64,000 nt of DNA from assembly GCA_963924565.1 (NCBI GenBank), contig OZ004609.1, positions 16,740,001-16,804,000 of the forward strand, given 5' to 3'. A program made the position numbers and the translations under genes. A model generated the notes under the pieces. It had not been told where the DNA came from and searched no databases. It saw nothing but the letters and a program-made list of their open reading frames with translations. This document shows, in pieces, positions 11,198 to 21,300 of the stretch (its first letter is position 1; each line of letters opens with the position of its first letter). This DNA comes from Ascidiella aspersa. Lineage: Eukaryota.

Positions 11198-14100
11198 ATG
11201 GACGCCCGACTAGTGGCTGCTCGGCTCCCGGGACTTGCAATGTACGGATCCCCGTACGCCTCGCCGTCCTTTCCGGGCTATCTTCCGTACGGACCAGCCG
11301 CCGCTGCTGTTGCTGCTGCCGTCGACCATTCCGCATTGTACCCGCATATGGTAGGATTTCTACAAATTGTGTTACATATTTGTCAGATTTTTCATACATT
11401 TGCGGTTTGTAAGTCAACTTTTGACTTGTCAAAATGTTTGTCGAATCAAAATGGCGAATATCATCTAACTCGATAAGCGATGTTCGTCACTATTTGTTTT
11501 GAACTTGTGACCAACCGATACTATTGTTACTGTTGGTTAATCAGTCAACATATTTGATTTGTACTAGTAATTCTCTTAATTTCGCCATTACAGGACAAGT
11601 GTATCTTGTTCTACTAATTAGCAATGTTTTTGTTGCCGCCAGTCTGATCCCATGCTGGTCTTTGATCAATCTACAAGACATAAAATGTAATTTCGACGTG
11701 AATTCAAATTACTTTTTAAACTTTTCTGAATTTTTTGTAAGCTTTTTTAAATTCAGTCTTATTACTTACAGAACCCCGGTGAGAATTCGGAAGCTTGGCG
11801 GGCCGGACTTACCCAAGCTGCCGCGGCCGCCTACTATGACCCAGCGGTAGCAGCCCATTATGGATACGGGTATGCGAGAAATGTTTTTTGTACTAAACGT
11901 ACTTGACTTTTTATTAAGGTTAATATGATTTATTCCATTTTTGAGAAATCTGTTATATCCACATATAATAATATTTATTGGAGTTTTATTAAGCTTATTT
12001 TATATATATTAGATACGGTCCAATGGGTCTTACCGACGGAGCAAGGAGAAAGAATGCAACCCGAGAAACTACCTCAACTCTGAAGGCTTGGTTAAATGAA
12101 CACAGAAAAAATCCCTATCCAACCAAAGGCGAAAAGATTATGCTTGCCATTATCACCAAAATGACGCTTACTCAGGTTTTTACTCATTTTTCAATATTAG
12201 CGTGAATAGACAATAAAACATATCAACTAATGTCGTTTTAATTATGTAAACGATATTATCAGTTGTTTGCATTGATGTTAAGATTAATGGCCAAAATATA
12301 TTAATGCTATAATAATATTAAGCACAAATTGTTGTTAAACACAAGGAATGTTTTTTCATTTAATCTCGAACTACGCTCCAATGATCATTATCCTTATAAA
12401 CTAATATTTTGCTCAAAATATCTTCTAACGAATATTTAAAATAAATAACACTTATCATTTATTTCAAAAGGTATCGACCTGGTTTGCCAACGCCCGCCGT
12501 CGCCTGAAAAAGGAAAACAAGATGACGTGGTCGCCGCGCAACCGTTGCGGTGAAGATGACGATGAAGATGACCTCGACGATGGTAACCACAGCAATGCTA
12601 ATAATATCAGCCGATCCTCATCACCTCTGCTTGGTACTGATGGAGAGCAACCTCAGCCCCAACCTGGTATCCTCACGATTGGTGAAGCCGAAAGAAGAAA
12701 AGCAGCCAACGTACCAACTAGCGGCCACAGCAGTGGAGGCGAGAGCTTGTCCGATGAGGGTACCGTTTTTTCTGATCAGCGATTGAATTCGATACGGCCT
12801 CAAAGTAGCAAACGAGCGGAAGATACAAATGTCGACAGCAGTGAATTCCGAAGTGATTTTTCCAAAGAAAATGAAACTTCAAACTCGGGTAAGTTGGGTT
12901 CGCATTCAAAATGGCGCGCGATATGAATCGTGCAAACGTATCCAGTAAAAATATGACTACTGCTGTAAAATATGTTTATTAACTACTAATTGTTATCAAT
13001 ATTTTCCTACTAACATTTTCTTTATTATTAAAGTAGTTACTGGGGCATGAAATAACATATCTGTGAATAAATTGACAGTCTGTCATTAGGTAGCACTTAA
13101 ACCCTTTGCTGATGACAGTATGCGAACCAACAGCCCTAGCATTGCTAATTAGTTATAGTTGTGTAATAGTTCTCTGACCAGGATGTGAACTCTCGAACCT
13201 CGGGCATTGGGGTCGCGATTCGGTCAGATACCAAAAGTGTGAACAAACGATCACAGTCAGCTTACAAACGTATGGGGCCTATCTAGAAGTCATGATAACT
13301 ACAACAGACCTCTAATTGGTTTCCAAAATACCTTTCAGCAGCAGTTCAGCCTGACACGACCGACCTTTGCTTGAACTTGGACGCGCTCTTCCTACACTCC
13401 TAATATGTCTCGACGTTACATTTAAGCTTTGAACGAACAGTTGTTAAACGGGCTACAATTCATGCAACTACAAGACTTTGTTTAGTGCATAAATTGTAAT
13501 CGACTCCTACGCGCGTGGGCGATTGATGTTAATTTTAAAGTCTTGAGGAATGCATAATGTATTTTTAGTGAATTAGCCTTTTTTGCTACAGGTTTTTCCC
13601 GTCCTTCAAGCAACGATGGGACACGACTTCCGCAATTACCTTCACATTTCACTCGCCACGCTATACATCCTTACGCCAGTCAGCGCAGCTCCCCATCCGT
13701 CCTTCCAACCAATATCGCCCCAACAGTTGGAAACTCCAGTGGTCCGCGAGCCGGCGTTCCGTGCCATCTCCCCCCTTCCCAAGGACCTCACCGCATGTTT
13801 CATCCTGGGCAGGGTCTTCCTGGACAGTTCAACCCAGCTGCTGCGGCGTCACTGTTGGCTGCATCCAGAGGCCACAGTTTACCGCCGCACGTAATAATGG
13901 CTCTCAACGAGCAAGCCCAGATGCACCAACAATACCAACAAGCGCTGCAGAACCTCCCCCTCCATTCCATGATGGCTGCTCAGCAGTTAGATGGACAGAA
14001 TTCGTCCGGAAATGAGAGCCCTACCTCGAACGCTTCCCACAGTATTTCCAAATCACCTACTACGCCGTCAACGGCAGCTTCAAACGTCCCAACACCTTCT

Positions 14101-14956
14101 CCTAGCAAGCCGAAAATCTGGTCGCTGGCTGACGTGGCGACTAGTAATACTCCTTCCAAAGCGCACAGGGACACACAGAATTCACCATCCTCGCAATCTA
14201 CGAGTCTGCATTCACCGGATCTACCAGCGGGCGACGCGCGTACAATGCACAACTGGATGGACAGCGTGTTGCATCAGAGACTTTCCGGAATACAAGCAGG
14301 CAAGAACCCCTCCGCATTGCCAAACGCGATGCAAATGACGCCACAACAACTTCAACAGTTTGCTGCCAGCCTGGGTTCTTCTTCCCAGCACCCAGCCAAT
14401 GTATTTCATCCTCAATTTATGAATGGAAGCGTTCGCACAGGCCAAAACTCAATTCCAGGCCTGGTCGATCTGAAGGTGGTTCATGAACAGGCCAGCGCCC
14501 AACTGAGAGAAATTAACCGCGCTCAACTCAACAAAAGGAATCTAGAGCAAAGAGGTTAATATTTTATCCGCATTTTCTTTGTTAGCTTAAACATTGTATA
14601 GAATAACTTTGGTTGTGTTTTTTGATTGAATTTATAACATTCGTAAATTTCAACAAAATTTATATTTGTAGATCAAAGTGACGATGCTGAATCGATACAT
14701 TCAATCGAAAGTCGCGACAATTCCGAAAGTGAAAAAGCCCATCATCACAGGTAAATTTTTATATATTCCTTTGTCACAGGCCTTTGAATTTCTTAAAATG
14801 AAACTGTTTTTTAACTTTTTAATAATTATTTTTTATTATCTATTTAATATCAGTGTTCTTTTTCATTGAAATTATTTTATGCTTACTATATAAATCCTAT
14901 TATTTAATATTTGATTTGTTGTTTACAGAATAAACGCTTCTATCATTTTGCAATGA
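11198..14956 (+). CDS. Irx: Iroquois-class TALE homeobox transcription factor (Irx-1 of the pair), about 633 aa
   Basis: Exons are 11198-11350, 11772-11869, 12013-12175, 12471-12888, 13592-14554, 14672-14750 and 14929-14956. All are GT-AG and phase-compatible, totalling 1902 nt. The homeodomain is [44 protein letters not shown]|[20 protein letters not shown] (PYP loop, WFANA). It is followed by an acidic tract [10 protein letters not shown] and the IRO box [12 protein letters not shown]. The last two small exons are less certain; unspliced read-through stops at 14559. Confidence 0.95.
12041..12530 (+). other. Irx-1 homeobox, split by a phase-0 intron (12176-12470) between ...TQ and VSTWF
   Basis: Translation of the two exon halves gives a canonical Irx homeodomain. 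Confidence 0.95.
14107..14142 (+). other. IRO box of Irx-1 ([12 protein letters not shown])
   Basis: Matches the [10 protein letters not shown] Iroquois signature. Confidence 0.92.
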
Positions 14957-17900
14957 TCCTGACAGACTGGTGCGATCCACCAAGCAATATACACAGGCCG
15001 CATTCTTTGAGCGACACTTCGAGAAGGGTTTATGTTGTTCGAAAGAAGGAATAGAATGGACCCATTGGCAACTGTTTATAGCGCTATTACAGTGCCACCG
15101 CAAATGGTACGCAGTGGAGGCGTAAAGTGGCGTTGCTGCGCAGACGTCGTTTTTGTTTGCCGCTTGCTTTTGTCCCGCCACTCCTGGCATTAAAAAGCAA
15201 AAACGTCAGGCGAAATCGAGTTGTTGCTGGACGGAAACCAGGCATCAACACAGGTTTACAAGGAATTACGAGCTACTTCACATGTAACACTCGCTGCTCG
15301 GGCACGATAATAAACCCGCCGTCGACGGCTTTTATGGCACTCAGCCACGGATGAAATTAGCTCACAAACCGCTGCGAAACGACAAAACAGCTCTTTTGAA
15401 CTAGACGAAAATGAACAACCCACTCGTTAAAAAGTGTACCTTCTATAGTACCGATACATTATGTGACATTAAAGATGACAGTCTGATTGCCTAATCCTGC
15501 ACCACTTATTGCTTTGCTGTGAGTTGACGCTGACTTTGTTTGCGTTTTCCGTCGAAATAGATCAGCGTGTTTTTTTCTCAACTATTATCGCCAAGTATTA
15601 TCGTGATATGTATCCGCCCGTTCTTGAATGTTATATTTTGTCAAAGTTCACGTTATTTCTGTTGTTTTACGCACAGCAAAACACAATAAAACTAAACCAA
15701 AAAATGTTTGCTTTTCCTGTTTAATCTCAACAGGTTACCGTTTGAAAACCAGTACGAAGCATTATGATAAACGCAGGTTATGTACAGTTGTACACCCAAC
15801 CTAAACAATTATAACAAATAAATCAACAGGTTTATATCGGTCTAATAAATTTGTTACCCGTAGATGTCTGATAAAGTTTCGGGGTTATTTTATTATTTTG
15901 ACTAGCCGGCGAACAAAGGAATGTTAGCAGTTCCTGTAAAGTGATTTCCACTGTTGGTATATCTTGTAATCGTTAACAGTATGGTAAACGATTGGCATCC
16001 GCCCACCAGGGTTAGCACAATCGACATCAGTTGCGTGATGAAACGATGGGATTTCAAGTAAAATAGGTTAACCCTATTGTTAAACAAAACAGTCCAGCTT
16101 GACGCTTTTAAGATTTAATTGATATTTGGGACAAACCTGGTATCTTACTAAATGCAACACACCAATTCACGAATGAAAAAAAAACATAGAATAAATGTAT
16201 CGTGGGTAAAATTCTGTTGATGGATGATTTCTTCATGTTCGCCCGCCATTTTGGATTATACTTTCGTCTTTCCAGCCAGTGAGTTGTGTCAATCGTGACA
16301 AGGCTGCGTGAGCGAAACCATTAGTTGTACTTTCTCCACGTGTCTGCTGCAAAAATAATTGACAATCGGTTTCATCCCAAAGCCCTTGCTCCTAATCAAT
16401 AATATCAATTTCCATAAACTAGTTTACTATCTGATTGTCATTGATTTAGGTGAGCCATAGGGCCATGAGCGTATTGACGGCACAGGCGAAGCGACGACGA
16501 CGTCCCACCGACACCCATGCGATCGTGTCGATCAATTCTCGCCCCTGCGCCCGCTACGCGGCCTGCACTTAAACTGCTGTTTAATATCCTAAAGTGGGAA
16601 ATTTTAACGGCGATTTTTCTATTAATTATGCATAGTCGCTATCGTCTCTGCCGTGGATGATGGCTGGGTGGTGCGAGACGCTTGCTGGTGTCGGGGGATT
16701 TGTTAACTCGAGCGAAGGCGGCGGACCTCTGAAGTCGGGAGGCGCCTTACAAACCTGCCGACCGTTTGTCATAGAATTTAACGGGATTAAGAGTTCATAA
16801 ATATTTTTAAAGAAAAAATATTTATTAAGGGGCCGTGAAAATCAATTTAACCGAAACCTCGGTTTGTTACAAATTATTAACAAATTACCCAATGATCTGG
16901 GTGATTATAGTATTTTCGACAAGAGATATACAACGTATGTAGTAAGTTTGTTTGATTTAAAGCAGACACCGGCGGTACACAATATTCATGTTTTTAACGT
17001 TCCAAATAAAATACCAGGCACCTTTTAAGATATAGTTAAATGAGTGTTAGTTACATACGCCTGCCCTTTCTCTTTTTTTCCGCGTTCTCTCTCCCTTCGC
17101 TTTAACTCGCCCCGCTATATATTATTCTCTTTGCTCTCTTCTCCATTGGCTTTACCCAGGGAATGTTAATGACGGTTCGTGCGATACGAATATTGAATTA
17201 CTCCAAATACTCGTCTCGAACGACATTATACGCATCTCCTCGGAGCCCAATCGTTCCTTACACAACAACTTTCAATGGGCGGCAAATACGCATTACCGGA
17301 TAGGGTGATGATTTTCGGATTTTGGTCAAAGCCCAGGACGAAATAAAATCATACTGTTAAGGAAGCGCGAAAGCCGTGATTTCAATTCTATCGGGGACGA
17401 ATTAAATTAGCCCCGGGCACCTGCAAATCTCCCTTTGACGGAGATTTTGTCGCAGGTTGTTATTGTAGCAGAAATTGCTGTTCATTTGTTCCGCTACACC
17501 ACCGCGCCGTGTAGTTTACAAGGAAAAAACGTCTCCCATTAGAACAATAAGGAAAAATAAAATTTCTCTTCTTAAAGAGGCCACAAGCTATAAAATGAAT
17601 TTTGGATATCTTTAAGGTCAAAAATTTATAGGGTTGACGCAAGGTATATACAATTATACATGTTATGACAACTATTTTTTTTTACTTTTCGTAGAGAATT
17701 ATGAAAAAAATGTGTCATGTTGCGCCACTTATGTCAACTCCAATTTGCGAGCGTACCAATTTGAAGTTAAAAAACAGTTTGCGGGGATCGCAAGCGATTA
17801 TCGTTCCTTGTTTTTAATTGATGCGCCAATTGGTGACTGTGCCAAATGTTGTGATGAAAAGAAAGTCGGGTGGATCGGATATAAAGGGCATTATCTGGCC

Positions 17901-18215
17901 CATATATCAGCGCGCGAAATCCGCAACTCAAACAACTTGCATTTACATTTCATTCAGTGGCTGTTCCTAAGCGGATGTTGACCAATCACATATTAGCGCT
18001 TGCGTCTTTAAAATTAATTCACCAATTTAATTACGCCATGCCCAAAGCATTTTAAAGGCATATCACTTCCCTAAACTTAACTTGAGAATAGTCATATTTT
18101 GTAAAACTTTTCGATTTTTATTGCATTGTCGCTTTATGCATAATGGTATTATGCCAATTTCTTGCAATTGGTTTTCTGGCGTAATTTTGTGATATCCTGT
18201 CTCCACCTTTTCTTA

Positions 18216-18312
18216 TATATTTGTAGATCAAAGTGACCATGATTTTGTCCATCGTCACTTCGATCTACAAATAAAAAATTGTCCATCGTCACTTTGATCT
18301 ACAAATATAAAT
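18216..18312. repeat. Three copies (1 forward, 2 inverted and tandem) of the Irx-1 intron/exon junction 14658-14686
   Basis: 18216-18241 is forward (25/26 identical). 18250-18273 is inverted (23/24). 18284-18312 is inverted (29/29). Confidence 0.92.
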
Positions 18313-21300
18313 ACAATTTACCCCACTAAGAACACTTTTTTTCAAATGGTTGTTTAAAAATGGACAATTTATCCGTTTTAAAAGGCAGATTTACATGATG
18401 CAAAGATATTATTCATGGCTGTGTTATTTATAGATAAGTAAAAATCTATTCTAATATAATGTTTTTCAGGAAAGATGCGGACCACTTAATAAACCAGAAT
18501 GCAGTTATTTAGCACAGTCTACACATCCGTCACTATAAGTTTACCACCCTAAGTAATTCAACTTGAAATGTTACAACATTGACTAAATATTAGGCCATTA
18601 AGGATAAAAAAAAATATTTTTTACTTACTATTTGGAAAGAAACTATAATATTGCAGTTTAAATCAGACACTGGTAGTGTTCTTATACATGGTACTATTAC
18701 AGCAAACTAAAACATAACGCAGATTTTTTAATACAGAATATTGAAATAATATTGCTCTGAAAAAAATTGTTCTTATTCTTTAAACTGGACGTCAAATTGT
18801 TTCAAAAAGAACTATTATATTAGTTCGTTACTATTCTTATAACTCGAGACACCGCACATATCTTTAAAGTTAAAGTTTCCTTTTTAATACCCTATCCATT
18901 GAAACAAAGCGGCAGCTTACAATTTAGATGGTGAAATATTTCCATCACAGTGTTTGAGTCTTAGCAACCCGTAAAACAGCGCATGTTCAGAAGTTTTGTA
19001 ATTTTGTCCAAAGCACTTGACACCTTGTCTGACACTTGTTTGTTTGTGTCTTGCGTGTCACTTGCGGGAAATTGATGGCGGTCTCCATTACAAGGCAACA
19101 CCTGTTTACCAGCGTCATTAACGCCGTGTTTATATACAAGGCAATATCGCAATAAGTGCCAGCTAATCGCTTGCCATATCTTCTCCGCACTATTTTTGTT
19201 AGAACCTGCGTGTTGCAATTTGATTAGGTGATGAGTTAATCTTAGTTTTGCTGTATAACACAACATAAAGCAACCAAAAGGATATTTCATGTCTAACTTT
19301 TACAGAAAATATAATAACAAAGTATAAACTCTTTTTTATAATGTTTAAATTGTGATAATAAAACTTGATTTTGCAACGTTATAAAAAATTCACTTCAAGT
19401 CAGCCAAAACTGAGGCTATTGACGTGATACGAAGAAGTTTAAATATGTTATATAAATATACTACTAACCATTAAATAAGTGTGGTCCAACATAACGTTTA
19501 ATTTTATTATATTGTAATGCTATAAATTTATGTTCATTTATAGTTAGACGTTTACTAAAAAGCAGCCCTACCTTTAAGACATTACTATAAAACAAATATA
19601 TCAAAGAGATCAATGGTTAGAAGTTTTTACCAACTAGTTTAACAATTTCGAGAATTTTGTACCTGTACAATTTCACAAACCCAATTTTACGATAGCCTCA
19701 CACCTAAGCAAGGTCATAATCATAAGTGTAGGCAAGTTCGAGCTACGACAGAAGCAGCAGGGAATGTGTATTGTGCGGTCGGGAGAGCATCCGCGTTGTA
19801 ATCGTGACGCATATGGGGGCATCGTTTCGTTTCCATTTCGCATGTACTGCATGATACACTGTCTGGTGAGGCGCGACCCGCGTTTATTGGAGGCGTGAAA
19901 TTGCGTTATAAACCCGCTCGAATCGCGTAAACAAGCAAAGGAAAAGGCGCAGATTAAAGAAGATTAACCCCGATAGGTGCTTCTCGGAGGTAACCTCGGG
20001 TGACGGTCGCAATATGTCGATTGGCCTCGTCCTGACCTCGCTGCTGTCGAAACTCTATTTTACCCGTGGATACACGATCCTAAACTAATTTTAGATCCCA
20101 AGACATTAGATGGTTAGGGTGCGAAGCAAGCTAACGAACCAGCTAACTTTATTTTAGTTGGCCAAGTTGCTTTGTATGAATTCAAGTAGATTCTTTAGGA
20201 GTTTTTGTAACAACTTTTAGACATTAACAACTTAAAAACAAGTTTCGTCCATTATGGTTGCATGTATTCAACAATTGCTAACAGTGTCTCGAGACATTCA
20301 TTTGTTTGGATCAGTGGATTAGCGTAATCCTTTGAACACAAACACTTCGTGTAAGACCTTTACATGAAATTTAACGATTGTCGCATTCGTTTTCAAAGAT
20401 TTGACACGATTTTTAAACTTTTGTTTTTATCGAAACACGGCTTTCTTGATAAGAAGGTCGAAAGCTCTATAAATCACGATTTGAGCAGTATCGACGAAAC
20501 GTAGTTCGGATGTTCTGAAAAGTTTACTATGGAGTCAAAAATCGTTAAAAAGACAAATAAATTGTCAATGTTGAAGTTAGATAGCACTGGTCCTCGGCTT
20601 ATTCTTGATTTGCTTTGGGATGTTGTTGACATGCTTCGCTTTTCTGACAGTCGTTGCATCCAAGTGCATGTTGTTAACTTCATTTTGTGGAATGGCTTTT
20701 AGTTTACGACGCTGCTGTCCGATATGAAGTTTGTTATTAGCGGATGTTCAGGTGTTGCGGTGCAGAGACTTAAAACCAAACCATGTCGAATATTGCTCTA
20801 CAGGTTGGAAATGCAAGATCTTGTCTTGATAGCGATTAGCATCAAGATTACCAATTTTCAAGTAATCTTGAAGAAAAATTTCACAATGCACGTTAACAAC
20901 AAATTCATCGATGGATAAACCTTCCCATTAAGAGTAAATAATGTTTTTGGTTTTTAAAAGATAAATATCTTAACACAGAATATTAACATTTATTTATTAC
21001 TTAAAAAACTATTTTATACAATAAATGAACACTAAAATGATACATTGTGCAGCTCTATTTCAGTTAATTTAATTGGACGCTCTCTTTAGCGACACAAAAC
21101 GTACTGGAGAAAATAAACGAATGAGCAATAGAAAAGCCTCTCAGTGCAGAGAAGATTAAGCTGTTTTGGAAAGAGCGCGAGTCATTTTGGCTTTCGGTGG
21201 ATTTAATGTAAATATTTAGGTGTAGGAGATCGGACGACAGGTGCTGGCCCAAGTAGTCACATGGTTTGTCGTCAGCCTAATTTGTTCCACTGACACAAGA

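Noticed and set aside
20350-20780. Minus-strand stop-free stretches with acceptor-like sites
   Set aside because: No coherent exon chain, start codon or recognisable homology.
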